Part shown: piece by piece, positions 19,659 through 31,870 of the stretch
Layout of the letters: each line of letters starts with the position of its first letter
Numbering within the stretch: position 1 is the first letter of the stretch
Source of the DNA: Aureliella sp.
GTDB taxonomy: Bacteria > Planctomycetota > Planctomycetia > Pirellulales > Pirellulaceae
Direction: 5' to 3'
DNA length: 64,000 nt
Assembly (NCBI GenBank): GCA_963691875.1
Contig: OY829846.1
Coordinates: 1,920,001-1,984,000 of the forward strand
Translations under genes and position numbers: made by a program
Notes under the pieces: model-generated
The model's input: only the letters and a program-made list of their open reading frames with translations
The model's database searches: none
Told to the model about the DNA's origin: nothing

Positions 19659-20606
19659 TCAGGCAGGGACTGGGAGCTTGTTAACCAACTCCTCTATCAA
19701 TTGACATTTGTCACCATATTTGTCGCGACTCCCTCGTTGTAAGACGACGCGGTGCGCCAGAGTCAATGGTGCAACTTCCTTAATGTCATCTGGCAGAACA
19801 GCCGGACGCCCTTGAGCAAAGGCACATGCTTGGGCGGCGCGAAACAGCATTTTCGTACCACGTGGACTACATCCCGCAATGGCAAAATCTGCATTGCGCG
19901 TGGCAGCAACAATCCGGACGATATAGTCAGCCAAATCTCGATGCATCTCTACTGCTTTTACCGCTTCTTGCATCTGCGACAACTTTTCTCGTCCGAACAG
20001 TGGCTTCAGATTCTCCAAGGATCTCCGGTCTTGATCGTACAGCAAGTCTATTTCATCCTCATGCGCAGGAAACTCCATTCGCAGGCAGAATAGAAATCGG
20101 TCTAGCTGCGCCTCTGGAAGCGGGTAAGTTCCTTGATAGCCGAGTGGATTTTGAGTTGCGATCACCCAAAATGGTGATTCCAACTCGTGACACTCACCCT
20201 CTGTAGTCACTTGGCGTTCCGCCATTGCTTCAAGCAGGGCGGATTGAGTACGTGGAGACGCCCGGTTGATCTCGTCAACCAATAAAAGATTGCAAAACAC
20301 CGGACCAGGCCGAAACTCAAAGGACCCAACGGCTGAATTGAACACGGAGAATCCACATACGTCCGACGGCAACAAATCTGGAGTGCACTGAATTCGCTCA
20401 AATTTTACGTCAACCAGCCGCGCGAAGGCCTTGGCCAAAGTGGTTTTGCCAACTCCCGGAACGTCTTCAAGTAAAGCCGAGCCCCCTGCCGCAAAAGCGA
20501 TCAGGAACTGATGAATCACGTCATCCTTGCCGCGGATGACAGTCCGCATTTCTTTGTGCAACTGCGCCATCAAAGGCTGCACTGGCGCTACAAGATTTCT
20601 CAACAA
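19659..20606 (-). CDS. moxR: MoxR family AAA+ ATPase
   Basis: LLEDVPGVGKTT, IQCTPDLLPSD, DEINRASPRTQSALLEAM, ATQNP, LPEAQLDRF, SPRG. Confidence 0.95.
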   Translation of the reverse strand: MLRNLVAPVQPLMAQLHKEMRTVIRGKDDVIHQFLIAFAAGGSALLEDVPGVGKTTLAKAFARLVDVKFERIQCTPDLLPSDVCGFSVFNSAVGSFEFRPGPVFCNLLLVDEINRASPRTQSALLEAMAERQVTTEGECHELESPFWVIATQNPLGYQGTYPLPEAQLDRFLFCLRMEFPAHEDEIDLLYDQDRRSLENLKPLFGREKLSQMQEAVKAVEMHRDLADYIVRIVAATRNADFAIAGCSPRGTKMLFRAAQACAFAQGRPAVLPDDIKEVAPLTLAHRVVLQRGSRDKYGDKCQLIEELVNKLPVPA

Positions 20607-20898
20607 AAAGTAAATCTATCCTCCCAGTGCAAGCCATAGTTCCATTCGTAACTTTGCGCCGCATTGGCGTTTGCGATCGTGATCGCGACTGCGCTGCGAT
20701 ACAACTTGGCTAGTTCGAAACTGCAATTTGCACTGACATTCCTCCCGAACAGCGCAGACGACGGCTTCGTCGCAACGCCCTCCATTTCCCCACCAAGGGA
20801 ATTCCTGGCCCCAGGTTATCAGGCAGCAAACGGGTGGTAAGTCACCTACCCCTTGAATCGCATTGGCTTAACAGGACATTAACATCCTGAGTCTTTGG

Positions 20899-21936
20899 CT
20901 AATGGCGTTTCCGTTTCGGCGACCTCGAGCGCGCCTTGCGACCTCGAGGATTGTCGGTTTTTTGCCTCGAATGACGAGCGCTATATGGGCCACGACTGCT
21001 ATCTGGGCCGATTGAACGGCGAAGATCGCGAAACTCTTGTGGCCAGGGGGCTTTGAAAAGTAGCGGCGAATCCTCCGTCGGATGCCGGAAGCCGAGCGTC
21101 TCTGCGTGGAGTGCAATTCGGCGGTGAGGCCAAAGCGCGTGCTCAGCCTCCGCAGGGCGATAGCGAGGGTCGCCAATGATCGGGTGGCCTGCTTCGGCGA
21201 AGTGAACGCGAATCTGATTGCGTCTACCGGTCTCCAACTGCACCTCGACAATTGTGACTCCCTTCCACCTCTCTTTCACGCGATAGTGAGTAATGGCTAA
21301 CTCGCCACGGGGATCCGATTCGTCCACCGAAAATCGATTCAGACTTTGCTCGTCGGTGGCCAGGTGGCTCCGGAACATACCTTTGTCGTCGCTTAAGACG
21401 CCTTGGACGATCGCGACATACTGGCGTTGTGGCTTGCGCTGCGAGAATTGAGCAATCAAATGCTCAGCCACTTCATCCGATTTCGCAAACACCAACAACC
21501 CTGAGACTCCACGATCCAATCGATGGACACAAATGGCCTTGGAGTCTGTTTTCTGATGACGCAGCCATTTCTGCAACTGGCCTCTGAGAGTGTTCTTCTC
21601 ACGCTGGGGAGAAGGCACGGTAAGCAGCCCCGCAGGTTTGTTCACAACGATGATTGCTTCATCGTCATGGACAACATCAAACTTGCCGCGAGGATTCGAA
21701 GTCTTCTTCTTGGCCGGCTGCTTGACTGGCTGTGGAACGTAATCAATCTCCACTTCGTCGCCGACACGCAACATATGGTGAGTCTGAGAAATCCCTCTGC
21801 CGCGGCAGGCCACCATCCCGTCATGAATGAGCTTAGAGGCCACCGAACGATTTACTTTGAGCGCCGTTTGAACCACATTCAACGCATTGCGAGCAGGTAA
21901 CGGCAGTCGCTCGTCAACTTGAAATCGAACGATCAA
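20899..21936 (-). CDS. RluA/RluD family pseudouridine synthase with S4-like N-terminus
   Basis: VVNKPAGL, VHRLDRGVSG (catalytic Asp), LETGRRNQIRVH, GHPIIGDPRY, ALHA. Confidence 0.93.
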   Translation of the reverse strand: MIVRFQVDERLPLPARNALNVVQTALKVNRSVASKLIHDGMVACRGRGISQTHHMLRVGDEVEIDYVPQPVKQPAKKKTSNPRGKFDVVHDDEAIIVVNKPAGLLTVPSPQREKNTLRGQLQKWLRHQKTDSKAICVHRLDRGVSGLLVFAKSDEVAEHLIAQFSQRKPQRQYVAIVQGVLSDDKGMFRSHLATDEQSLNRFSVDESDPRGELAITHYRVKERWKGVTIVEVQLETGRRNQIRVHFAEAGHPIIGDPRYRPAEAEHALWPHRRIALHAETLGFRHPTEDSPLLFKAPWPQEFRDLRRSIGPDSSRGPYSARHSRQKTDNPRGRKARSRSPKRKRH

Positions 21937-22093
21937 TCAAACACTCAATCAAATAGAAAATATCAACAAGCCGCAAAGATGAGTCAGGCAGGCTTCCGTC
22001 GATGCAATTCATCCTCGGTCATTAATCGCATGGTCTAGTTGGAAATGCTAAGTCCGAGCTCGGCTGCTTCAAGAGGCTTCCCCTCCGCTTCAG

Positions 22094-22339
22094 CTAGTTT
22101 TGGGCTAAGGCAGTAGAGGATTCGTCATCTTCTGCGTTGATCGGAATTTCAACGATGACGAAATTCTTCTCCAAAGGACTACCGTTCAACTCAGTTGAGC
22201 CAATTGGGCTTCGTGGCTTTACGTTTCCAGCCAACTCACCCTCAGCGAATTCAAGTATAGTTGGCGACTCGCCCCAAGACATCAAAGATGCTTGTGGTCT
22301 CCGTGTATAAAGATCAACGTCTCCTGCCAAGGACGACAT
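22094..22339 (-). CDS. Possible small hypothetical protein
   Basis: ATG 14 nt downstream of the upstream gene's stop on the same strand; protein-like composition; no motif. Confidence 0.35.
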   Translation of the reverse strand: MSSLAGDVDLYTRRPQASLMSWGESPTILEFAEGELAGNVKPRSPIGSTELNGSPLEKNFVIVEIPINAEDDESSTALAQN

Positions 22340-22353
22340 GCGTGCACGAGCTT

Positions 22354-23013
22354 CTAACCGTCCGAATCTTCGCTGGCATTCTCATTCGGCTCGTCGTCAA
22401 TCTCTGATGACGAAATGGACTCGCTATCGCTCGCGTCCGCTTCCTTTTCATCCTCGGCGAAAATGACTTTCCCGAACATATGCCCACCAACCTCATCGTG
22501 ACTCCACGTTCCGGCGTACTTGTCTTTGTGGAATACGACGCGAGCACCAAAAGTCCCCATACCTGGAATCGTCATGTTATCCAACGTCATGACAGGTGTC
22601 CTGCCTGCCCATGCTACGTCGAGTGGTACCGGAAAAACCGTGTCGTACTTTCCGTACTTGATTCGAGCGGTCACAATCCAAGTATCCCCCTTGGGCTGCT
22701 TCTCAACTTTTTGAATCTCGTACGTTTCCTCGACAAGCTGATTCATGGGACGTCCGTCAATGGTGAACTGACCGCGAAGTTTTGCACCAGTCAGAAGCTT
22801 TGTGAACTTGGCATAGAGTTCCTGCATCTCCTTCTTGCTACGAGCCTGTGTTGGATCGGTATCGGAACCTAAATTGCTCGCCACCAAAGCGGCTTTCGCC
22901 CAAGCCTTGCGATCCAGAGTTTTTGGAGCATCACCGGTATCTTGTGCCAGGACGACGGAAGGGGGCGGGAGTACAACAAGCCCAAGAATAAGAGAACAGG
23001 CAATCGTTTTCAT
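22354..23013 (-). CDS. Secreted hypothetical protein (planctomycete-type)
   Basis: Signal peptide MKTIACSLILGLVVL...LAQD; GGAGAA RBS; WAGRTPVMTL...IPGMGTF..YAGTWSH core; acidic tail. Confidence 0.8.
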   Translation of the reverse strand: MKTIACSLILGLVVLPPPSVVLAQDTGDAPKTLDRKAWAKAALVASNLGSDTDPTQARSKKEMQELYAKFTKLLTGAKLRGQFTIDGRPMNQLVEETYEIQKVEKQPKGDTWIVTARIKYGKYDTVFPVPLDVAWAGRTPVMTLDNMTIPGMGTFGARVVFHKDKYAGTWSHDEVGGHMFGKVIFAEDEKEADASDSESISSSEIDDEPNENASEDSDG

Positions 23014-23115
23014 AAGTCTTCTCCAAATGGACGAATTGGTATTTTGCTCGACAACTCAACTTTAAGGCTGAGGATTCACTTTATGAATAGCGGGTAAAAC
23101 TGATTAACCGAATGA

Positions 23116-23601
23116 CTATTCAGCCGGCAGTTGACCTTCCGGGTAAACCATTAGTTTGCCCGCTTGCTGATCAAAGTAGTAAGCCTGCCCCTCAGCGAGC
23201 TCTGGAAGCTTGATACGATTGTCCGTAACCGACTTCATAAACTCGTTGTTCGTCGGGTACTTGCCGGTGGTGGCTCGATGAACATCGATCAGTTGTTTAA
23301 CTTGAATTTGCAGCACAGAAAACTGCTTGACGTGCTCTAGTGCCGAAACTGGTCCGGTAAGAATCTTCGTTACACCTTCGTCTTCGCTCGTCTTTTGGCC
23401 TTTCTTTCCAACGCCAGCGACAGCTTCAATTGGCCCAGTCAAGGTTTGTGCCGCGGCTTTTGTGCTGTTCTCGGCGTGATCAGAATCGCCTAGGGGTGCA
23501 CAGCCCACGCTGGACAAGACACAACCCAAGAGCGTCATCAGCCCAGTAACCAACTTTGCTTGTGCAACACAAGAATTTGAAATCTCAGCATTCGAGTTCA
23601 C
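23116..23601 (-). CDS. Putative lipoprotein
   Basis: GGAGAA RBS plus GTG start; hydrophobic stretch ending SSVGC (lipobox); GVGKKG and IDVHRATTGKYPT motifs. Confidence 0.72.
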   Translation of the reverse strand: MNSNAEISNSCVAQAKLVTGLMTLLGCVLSSVGCAPLGDSDHAENSTKAAAQTLTGPIEAVAGVGKKGQKTSEDEGVTKILTGPVSALEHVKQFSVLQIQVKQLIDVHRATTGKYPTNNEFMKSVTDNRIKLPELAEGQAYYFDQQAGKLMVYPEGQLPAE

Positions 23602-23643
23602 GGGCTCTTCTCCGGTTCAACAAACAGACCGACAGGGTTCTTG

Positions 23644-26600
23644 TTATGGTGACGAAACTTGAGACGACGCATGCTTCATGTGCGTACTCAACAGTTTACG
23701 CACGGCCGCGTTGCGTGGTTGCTGCAATTCGGTGAATGAAATCTGAATTTGTTCCTGATCGTCACCGCGTTTGGTAATCTGAGCCTTCATCGGTAACGAA
23801 TCCTTTAAGCCTCTCGGATCGTAACCGGCAGGACCATTCAGCACTGCAATCAAACCGTCAGGTCGCTTCGTGTGCAAAATAATCCATGGCTCCTTTTGCC
23901 CAGGCAAAATATATCGAGCCGTTGATTGCTCGTCCCAACGCCAACGGCCACCTCCAGCTGATTGGTGAACCGCTTGAATGAAGACTGACAAAGTCTCAGC
24001 TGGCCAAACAATCTCCTTCCCAGGCGGGAAGCCTTTGCGAAGCGAATGCCAGCGTTGCTTGAGTACCTTCCAAGGCGTGGCGTTCTTCGGGTCGGAACTC
24101 GCGCCTGGCTTTGTTTCGGCCTTTTTCTCTGGAGTCGTCTTGCCAAGAAACGCGAAGCTCGCTTCCTGCAACCAATTCCAAAATCTCTCTATATCGATCT
24201 CGTCTAGCGTATAAGCTCGAATCTCAAGCTCCATCCATTGCCCAGCAGCCTTGGCCTTGATCCGAGACTCATTGCCATAGGCCTCAATCTCATCAATTTG
24301 ATTAAGCGTCTTTAGCTCCAATAACGCTTCCAATTGCCCCTTGGTAAATGCGCGTCGGGGAACTCGGAACTTCAGCTTCAGTAGCCATGTTTCTGCTGTA
24401 ATCGCATGCAGAAACCAGCCTCTGCTTTTCACTGGACCAGCCACTTCAACAATGCTGCGATTCTCAAAACTCACGGGAGCGAAGCCTTCGATCGCCTCAA
24501 TCTTCTCCAGCAATTTCACCAGAATTTGGCGATCCCAACGAATTGGATTGCCTGCACGATCCATGCTGTCCTGCGTATGCCAGCGCCGGCCGTCGGCCTG
24601 CCAAGGCAACAAGGTATCTCGACCAATCTGATCGAGCTCGATGTCACCTTCTTGCACCTTATGAATCACATCTGGATCGTAGACATCCCGATCGAAGTAA
24701 TCCGCCGACTCCAGCAATGGAATCAAAGCTTCACCGGTATGACTTCGGAGCTTTGCCTTCGTTTTGCTTGTCGTCTTCCGCGCAGTCGTTTTCTTCTTGG
24801 CTGCGGTTGTCTTCGGTTTAGCCTTCTTGGCGTGCTTCACCAAGTCTTCAGGTGAGCCGCAGAACACTAACTCTCCACCGCCAGCCCCTGCTTCCGGCCC
24901 GATATCGATGACCCAATCGGCTGCCTTGATTACATCCAAGTTGTGCTCGATGACTGTAACGGTGTTACCTAGGTCGACCAAACGCTGCAAGACCTCAAGC
25001 AACTTGATAATGTCGCCAAAGTGCAAACCAGTAGTGGGCTCATCGAGCAGATAGAAGGTCTTGCCAGTATCGGGCCGCGATAATTCCGCAGCCAACTTGA
25101 CTCGCTGAGCCTCCCCGCCGGAAAGCGTAGGAGCAGACTGGCCAAGCGAAATGTAATCCAAGCCGACATCTACCAAAGTTTGTAGCGTACGGCGGATCTT
25201 CGGAATGTTGTCGAATACCTCCAATGCCTGACCGATCTGCATCTGCAACACATCGTGTATCGAAAAACCGTGATACTCGACGGATAAAGTGTCTTCATTA
25301 AATCGCCGCCCCTTGCAGGCGTCGCATTCTACCCAGACATCAGGCAAGAAGTGCATCTCGATCTTCAGCTGCCCGTTGCCTTCGCATTTGTCGCAGCGTC
25401 CACCGGGCACATTGAATGAAAACTGGCGCGGCGTGTAGCCAAGGGCTCGCGATGCAGGAAGCTGGGAATACAACTGTCGAATCAAATCGAACACGCCAGT
25501 GTAGGTTGCAGGCGTCGAACTTGGATTCGATCCGATCGGACTTTGGTCAACACGAATCACTTTGTCGATCAGCTTGGTGCCTTCGATCGCATCGTGAGTA
25601 CTCTTTTTCCCTGCTTGTTTGGACAACCGTTTTGACAGTGAAGGGTAGAGCACTTCATTCATCAGAGTACTCTTACCACTACCACTTGGGCCGGTCACCA
25701 CATTCAGTCGGCCAAGGGGGAAGTCCACGCTGACGTTTCTGAGATTGTGAGCACGAGCACCTATAAGCGAGATTACTCCCTTGTCCGTGTCGCGGCGTTT
25801 CTTCGGAACAGGAATCTTCTCTTTGTCACTTAGGAAGGCTCCAGTGACACTCTTTTTCATACGGGCTACTTGCTTCGGCGTGCCTTGGGCAACCAACTCA
25901 CCACCGAATCGCCCGGCTGCAGGACCAAAATCGCAAAGTTGATCGCTATGCTCAATTACATCCCGATCATGCTCAACCACAATCAAAGTATTGCCCAGAT
26001 CACGCAGCTTCTTCAGCGCTCCGATCAGCCGGTCGTTGTCACGTGGATGCAAGCCAATCGTCGGCTCGTCCAGAACATAGAGCACTCCGCAGAGCCCACT
26101 ACCAAGTTGACTCGACAGCCGAATCCGCTGCGACTCACCACCACTCAGCGTGTTGGCCGCGCGTGAAAGCGACAGATAGTCCAAACCGACATCGAGCAGA
26201 AATTCCGTTCGCACGAGCAGTTCACGCACCAACTCACCCGCAATGTCTTGCTCGCGTTTATTGAGCTTCCAGCCTGTCAACTGCGCGTGCAACCAACCCA
26301 AGGTACCTTGCGTGTAGTCGCCCACCGTCATACCACGGAACTTGGCTGCCGCCGCATCCACATTCAAACGTGAACCATCACAAGCTGAGCAAGCAACGTC
26401 AGCCACAAAAGGACTCAACTTCGAACGCAACTGAGCACTCAATCTTGAGGCATGTTCCAAGGCAGGGAACAATCCCTTCCACTGGAATTCAAATGTAATG
26501 TTTTTGCCCGTCGTGACTTGATACCAACGGTCACCGGTGCCATGCAAAATACTGCGGCGTTGGCCGCTCGTGAGCTGCTCCACGGGCTTCGTCATCGGAA

Positions 26601-29600
26601 TGCCAACCGCCTTACAGAAGGCCTCAAGCATGGGTGCAGAGAGCTCAGTGGGTGCGAGATCTGACTTGGAGGCACCGCCCATTGCTGGCCAAAGGCGGAT
26701 TGCGCCTTCCTTTAAACTCAGATGCGAATCCAAAAGCAGCGCAGGACTCGTCCCAGTCTGCGTCCCAAGGCCTTCGCATTCCTGACACCATCCAAGGGGC
26801 GAATTGAAGGAGAAGGAGTGCGGCGTGAGAGGATCCATACTGTAGCCGCATTGCCGACATGCCAAGTGCTGACTATGCCGTGTGGCCTGCCAGTGAATTT
26901 CCTCCTGGTCGTCCCGCGGCTCAACCGCCAACAAGTTGCCATTGCCGAGCGAAAGTGCTAGCTCGACACTTTCTGCTATTCGGCTACGATTCTTCGGCGA
27001 GATGGTAACTCGATCAACAACAGCTTCGATATCGTAGCTGATCGTCGCCGAAAGTTGCGGTGGTTGCTCCAGCGTGTGAGTACGCCCGTTGACTCGAACA
27101 CGAACTAATCCCGAGGATCGCAAGTCTTGCCACAGAAGGTCCGGATCGTGATTAGGCTGCCACTTCAGTGGAGCGGTTAGGATTAAGCGCGTTCCTTCTT
27201 CCAACGCCAACAAATGGTTCGTGATGTCGTCGGCGGATTGGTTTGAAACAGGAACATCACAGTCAGGGCAATGAGGCTCTGCCAGCCGAGCCATCAAGAC
27301 GCGGAAGTAGTCATAGATTTCAGTGACCGTCCCCACGGTCGAACGCGGATTGTGCGCGACACTCTTTTGCTCAATTGCAATGGCTGGAGCTAAGCCCTCG
27401 ATACGCTCAACCTTGGGCTTTGGCATTTGCCCAACGAATTGCCGAGCATAAGAAGAAAGACTCTCGACGTAGCGTCTCTGGCCTTCGGCGTAGATCGTGT
27501 CCATGGCCAAAGAACTCTTACCACTACCACTCGGTCCACAGAACACGGACAAAGAGTGATGTGGAAGCTCGAGCGATACATCCTTCAGATTGTGTTCTAC
27601 AGCCGCTTGAACATTGATCTTGGTGGTTTGAAACTGGCTTGTCGCTTTCTTCTTACTCTTCGCTCGCGTTTTCTTCTTAGCTGACTTTGGCTTGATGGCG
27701 GGCGCAGCGAGATGCTTTTTCAGTGACAAGCCGGTATGCGACTGCTCGCACTTCACGATGCCATCCGGAGTCCCAGCAAAGACGATCTGGCCGCCATCTT
27801 GTCCGCCCTCAGGTCCAACATCGATCAACCAATCAGCTGCCTTGATTACATCCAAATTGTGCTCGATTACCAACACGGTATTTCCGCGATCCACCAAGTC
27901 TTGAAGCACCTTCAGCAGTAGCTTGATATCGTGGAAGTGCAATCCCGTTGTGGGCTCGTCGAGCAGATACAACGTCCGTCCCGTATCGCGACGCGAGAGT
28001 TCTTTCGCCAACTTGATTCGCTGGGCTTCTCCACCGGACAAAGTCGGGGATGGCTGCCCGAGCTTGATGTAGTCCAAGCCAACGTTTTGCAGCGTCTCAA
28101 GCTTTTCATAGATGCGCGGCACATTTTCGAACAGCTCTAGTGCCTGCTGGATATCCATGTTGAGGACGTCAGCGATCGACTTCTCCTTAAACTTGACTTG
28201 CAGCGTCTCATGGTTGTATCGCTTCCCATCGCAAATCGGGCAGGTCACCCACAGATCAGCGAGAAAGTCCATCTCCAGTCGATTCGAACCGTTACCTTCG
28301 CAAGCCTCACAGCGCCCGCCAGCCACGTTGAAACTAAAACGACCAGGCTGATAACCTCGTCGTTTGGCTTCTGGCAACGACACGAACAAGCTACGAATTT
28401 CATCGAAAACTTTGACGTAAGTCGCTGGGTTACTTCGTGGTGTTCGCCCGATTGGGGACTGGTCAATCGCAATGACCTTGTCCAAATGCTCAATACCCTC
28501 GAAGCTCTTGTGCTCACCCGGCATATCCTCAGCGGCATGCAATCGCCGACGCAAGACTGGCACAACAATCTCATTGATCAGCGAACTCTTACCTGAACCG
28601 CTTACTCCGGTAACACAAACGAATTTGCCGAGAGGAATATCGACATCCACGTTCTTCAGGTTGTTCTGAGTCGCACCAGTGACACGCAGCGACGTACCAT
28701 TGCCTTCGCGCCTAGTTTCAGGGACAGGGATATGTTCTCGGCCAGAAAGAAACTTGCCTGTCGAGCTTTTCTCGGAACCAGCTAGGTCTTGCAGGTCTCC
28801 ACAAGTAACGATTTCGCCGCCTCGAACACCTGGACCTGGGCCAAAATCCAAGATCAAATCGGCCGCTCGCATCGTGTCTTCATCGTGCTCGACAACCAGT
28901 AGCGAATTGCCTTGGTCTCGTAAAGTCTGCAGTGAATCAATGAGCCGATCGTTGTCTCGTGGGTGCAAACCAATGGAAGGTTCGTCCAAAACATACAGAA
29001 CCCCAACGAGGCCGGAACCAATTTGGCTGGCCAAGCGAATGCGCTGTGCTTCTCCACCGGACAAAGTCGGTGCGGCACGAGAAAGACTCAGGTAGTCAAG
29101 CCCCACGTTGAGCAGGAACGACAGTCGGCTACGAATCTCTCGCACAGCTTCCGACGCAATCTTCGATTCCAGCTCGGAGAGCACCAAGCCCTCCATGAAT
29201 CTTAAGCATAAGTCGATGGGCAAAGCGCATAACTCTGCAATACTCAACCACTCGCCATGGCCTGCGATCTTTGCAGATGACTTCAGCTTCAGCTGACGCG
29301 CTGCAGAATTAAGCCGTGTTCCCTTGCAGTTCCCGCAACTACGCTTCTCCATGTACTTTTCGAAACGCTTGCGGGCAGTAGCGCTTTTGGCTCCACGGTA
29401 CTGCTCCATCAGCTGAGCGACAACGCCCTCGAAAGTACCACCATACTTCATGGGTCGACTTCCGCCACGCCAAGTGAAGGTAACGTGTCGTTCGCCAGTC
29501 CCATGCAACCATTCCTTCTGAACGGGCTTTGGCATATCTTCCCATGGCAAGGTCAACGACTCGCCGGCCTGCAAGCCATGTTCTTTCTCGATGGATTCGC

Positions 29601-30669
29601 TGACACTCATCAACTGGTGGCGTTGCCAACGCCCCATGTCGTTCCACCCACCGAGGAGTTCGATCGCTCCTTGACGAAGTGACTTGCTGCGATCAGGAAT
29701 GATCAACTCCGGAGCGAAAGTAAACTGCCGGCCGAGACCTTCGCAGACGTTACACATCCCAGCTGGACTATTGAAACTCAAAAGCTGCGGGGTGGGCGGC
29801 ATGAAGGATGCGTTGCACTTGGGGCAAGCATATTCACTGCTGATCACCAAATCCGACGACGCCTTCCTCCGACGCCGACGCTTCGGAGCATCTTCCTCTT
29901 GAGCGGCTTCTTCTTCGATCTGCTTCTGATTTTTGTTCTGCTCTTCGTCCCAAGGAATCGCAATAAGCGTGTTCTCACCTAGCTTCAAAGATTCGTTCAC
30001 CGCGTCCGAGATCTTCGAACGCGTCGTAGTCTTGGGTTCAAACTTTGACACCACTACTTCAATGTGGTGCTTCTGCTGGCGATTTAGTGCGGGAGCATCG
30101 CTAAGCCGCACGACATCTCCGTCAACTCGGGCTCGAGCATAGCCCTGACGCAGCAAGGACTCGAACAAGTCCTTGTACTCTCCTTTTTGCCCCCGAACCA
30201 ACGGAGCGAGCATCAGGTACTCCTCGGATCCCTTTAGCTCTTGCAGCTGAGCAATGATCTGGTCGCGCGTCTGAGAAGTGATCGGAACATCGCCACACTT
30301 GGAACAAAAACCTGTTCCGACGCGAGCATAAAGAACCCGTAAGAAGTCATAAATCTCTGTTACCGTTCCAACCGTACTCCGAGGATTCGAACTTGTGGAT
30401 TTTTGGCTTATCGAGATCGCTGGGCTCAAACCACCAATATAGTCCACATTGGGCTTTGGCAGTTGACCAATGAATTGCCGCGCATAGCTAGAAAGACTCT
30501 CTAAGTATCGACGTTGACCTTCGGCGTACAGCGTATCGAAAGCCATCGAACTTTTTCCGCTTCCACTGACTCCGGTGAAAACGATTAGCTGATTGCGAGG
30601 TAGCGTGATACTTACGTTTTGCAGATTGTGTTCGCGAGCACCGCGAACTTCGATCGTCGAGTGATCCAT
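23644..30669 (-). CDS. uvrA: Excinuclease ABC subunit A, double-length (two fused UvrA units) with C-terminal extension
   Basis: Four Walker A motifs (GVSGSGKSS x2, [18 protein letters not shown]), YAEGQRRY twice, four LSGGE signatures, CxxC zinc modules; start [10 protein letters not shown]. Confidence 0.96.
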   Translation of the reverse strand: MDHSTIEVRGAREHNLQNVSITLPRNQLIVFTGVSGSGKSSMAFDTLYAEGQRRYLESLSSYARQFIGQLPKPNVDYIGGLSPAISISQKSTSSNPRSTVGTVTEIYDFLRVLYARVGTGFCSKCGDVPITSQTRDQIIAQLQELKGSEEYLMLAPLVRGQKGEYKDLFESLLRQGYARARVDGDVVRLSDAPALNRQQKHHIEVVVSKFEPKTTTRSKISDAVNESLKLGENTLIAIPWDEEQNKNQKQIEEEAAQEEDAPKRRRRRKASSDLVISSEYACPKCNASFMPPTPQLLSFNSPAGMCNVCEGLGRQFTFAPELIIPDRSKSLRQGAIELLGGWNDMGRWQRHQLMSVSESIEKEHGLQAGESLTLPWEDMPKPVQKEWLHGTGERHVTFTWRGGSRPMKYGGTFEGVVAQLMEQYRGAKSATARKRFEKYMEKRSCGNCKGTRLNSAARQLKLKSSAKIAGHGEWLSIAELCALPIDLCLRFMEGLVLSELESKIASEAVREIRSRLSFLLNVGLDYLSLSRAAPTLSGGEAQRIRLASQIGSGLVGVLYVLDEPSIGLHPRDNDRLIDSLQTLRDQGNSLLVVEHDEDTMRAADLILDFGPGPGVRGGEIVTCGDLQDLAGSEKSSTGKFLSGREHIPVPETRREGNGTSLRVTGATQNNLKNVDVDIPLGKFVCVTGVSGSGKSSLINEIVVPVLRRRLHAAEDMPGEHKSFEGIEHLDKVIAIDQSPIGRTPRSNPATYVKVFDEIRSLFVSLPEAKRRGYQPGRFSFNVAGGRCEACEGNGSNRLEMDFLADLWVTCPICDGKRYNHETLQVKFKEKSIADVLNMDIQQALELFENVPRIYEKLETLQNVGLDYIKLGQPSPTLSGGEAQRIKLAKELSRRDTGRTLYLLDEPTTGLHFHDIKLLLKVLQDLVDRGNTVLVIEHNLDVIKAADWLIDVGPEGGQDGGQIVFAGTPDGIVKCEQSHTGLSLKKHLAAPAIKPKSAKKKTRAKSKKKATSQFQTTKINVQAAVEHNLKDVSLELPHHSLSVFCGPSGSGKSSLAMDTIYAEGQRRYVESLSSYARQFVGQMPKPKVERIEGLAPAIAIEQKSVAHNPRSTVGTVTEIYDYFRVLMARLAEPHCPDCDVPVSNQSADDITNHLLALEEGTRLILTAPLKWQPNHDPDLLWQDLRSSGLVRVRVNGRTHTLEQPPQLSATISYDIEAVVDRVTISPKNRSRIAESVELALSLGNGNLLAVEPRDDQEEIHWQATRHSQHLACRQCGYSMDPLTPHSFSFNSPLGWCQECEGLGTQTGTSPALLLDSHLSLKEGAIRLWPAMGGASKSDLAPTELSAPMLEAFCKAVGIPMTKPVEQLTSGQRRSILHGTGDRWYQVTTGKNITFEFQWKGLFPALEHASRLSAQLRSKLSPFVADVACSACDGSRLNVDAAAAKFRGMTVGDYTQGTLGWLHAQLTGWKLNKREQDIAGELVRELLVRTEFLLDVGLDYLSLSRAANTLSGGESQRIRLSSQLGSGLCGVLYVLDEPTIGLHPRDNDRLIGALKKLRDLGNTLIVVEHDRDVIEHSDQLCDFGPAAGRFGGELVAQGTPKQVARMKKSVTGAFLSDKEKIPVPKKRRDTDKGVISLIGARAHNLRNVSVDFPLGRLNVVTGPSGSGKSTLMNEVLYPSLSKRLSKQAGKKSTHDAIEGTKLIDKVIRVDQSPIGSNPSSTPATYTGVFDLIRQLYSQLPASRALGYTPRQFSFNVPGGRCDKCEGNGQLKIEMHFLPDVWVECDACKGRRFNEDTLSVEYHGFSIHDVLQMQIGQALEVFDNIPKIRRTLQTLVDVGLDYISLGQSAPTLSGGEAQRVKLAAELSRPDTGKTFYLLDEPTTGLHFGDIIKLLEVLQRLVDLGNTVTVIEHNLDVIKAADWVIDIGPEAGAGGGELVFCGSPEDLVKHAKKAKPKTTAAKKKTTARKTTSKTKAKLRSHTGEALIPLLESADYFDRDVYDPDVIHKVQEGDIELDQIGRDTLLPWQADGRRWHTQDSMDRAGNPIRWDRQILVKLLEKIEAIEGFAPVSFENRSIVEVAGPVKSRGWFLHAITAETWLLKLKFRVPRRAFTKGQLEALLELKTLNQIDEIEAYGNESRIKAKAAGQWMELEIRAYTLDEIDIERFWNWLQEASFAFLGKTTPEKKAETKPGASSDPKNATPWKVLKQRWHSLRKGFPPGKEIVWPAETLSVFIQAVHQSAGGGRWRWDEQSTARYILPGQKEPWIILHTKRPDGLIAVLNGPAGYDPRGLKDSLPMKAQITKRGDDQEQIQISFTELQQPRNAAVRKLLSTHMKHASSQVSSP

Positions 30670-30995
30670 GAGCCTCGGTTTTATATTCCAGGACTGTGAA
30701 GCGTGGCCATCCATGCTGGCATGATGTATCGTGCCTCTCGTCCAGTTGATCTTTGGAGTATGGTTTGTTGAGTACTATGAGCAGGGTCAATCTCTTGCTG
30801 CCGTCCCAATCGAGCAAGGGGCAATCTGCGACTCAACATATTTTGATTCATTGTCTCGAATTGACCGCACGAAGCGCGAGCCCCGTAAATACGATTGCTT
30901 TGGGCGTCGCCTGATCGGCGACCAGCAAGCCAAGAGCGGGCAACAGGAGCCGCGCAGTGTTCTCTCCGAGCAAACGCACTATTGTAGGCAAAAAC

Positions 30996-31499
30996 GTGAA
31001 AATAGCAGGTGGTGGTGCCGAAGATGCCCTGAATTGCTCGTCGCAGCCTCGTTTCGTCATCCTCCGCCACGAAATGCCTGCTCTAGAGGAGGACGGTTCG
31101 CATTGGGATTTTATGCTCGAATGTGGCGATTCACTCCTGACCTTTCGCTGGGATTGCCTGCCAAGCACCACGGATGGTTCCAGACTGAGTTCATTGACGG
31201 CGACACGAATAGCAGATCATCGCCCGCTATACCTCGATTACGAAGGAGAGATTTCCAATAACCGAGGAAAAGTAATGCGCGTATTGAGTGGACACTTTCT
31301 TTCTGTCTCAGCTAGTGACACCAACGAAGCAAAAAATCTCATGTGTTGTCGTCTGGACTTTTGGTCAGGTGGCCAAAGTAGATCGTCGCATCCCGCAATT
31401 TTTCGGCTTTGGATCCCGCACTGCGAAATTGGGCAGGAGTGTGACATTCAAGTCCTGCACTGGCAGGCTGACGAGAAAATTCGCGAAGTGAATTCCTAG
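30996..31499 (+). CDS. Stand-alone LigD-type 3'-phosphoesterase (LigD_N-like) domain protein
   Basis: PRFVILRH...HWDFMLE...DHRPLYLDYEGEI...RGKV; start uncertain (30957 or 30996). Confidence 0.82.
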   Translation: MKIAGGGAEDALNCSSQPRFVILRHEMPALEEDGSHWDFMLECGDSLLTFRWDCLPSTTDGSRLSSLTATRIADHRPLYLDYEGEISNNRGKVMRVLSGHFLSVSASDTNEAKNLMCCRLDFWSGGQSRSSHPAIFRLWIPHCEIGQECDIQVLHWQADEKIREVNS

Positions 31500-31870
31500 C
31501 CCGTCTCGCCATCCGATCTGCCCCCTGACTCACAAAATTCGGTTACGAAGCCCGTGGGGCACTCGATCCCCTCGAAGAACCGATGTATGTGACTCGGTTT
31601 CAGCTTTCTGAAACTCGCCGACTATCGCCTGACCTAGGCTCAGGCGCTGCCCACGCATACTTGCCTTCTCCACCTCCTTAGGCAAGGTATGTTCGGGCTT
31701 CTTCCGTCTCGCTTGCGCTGAAAAGGTTTTTGCACTTCCGTTCGATTCGCCGGATTGGTGAGCGCGCCTTTGCTGTTCCTTCACGACTCGCAATGCGAGG
31801 CCAGCGATACGCAGCCCGATCCGACGCAATAACTTATCGAAAAATGCCAACTCTCAACGCATCGATCAGA

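Noticed and set aside
31656..31691. CATACTTGCCT..AGGCAAGGTATG hairpin as an ncRNA
   Set aside because: Single isolated stem with no further support
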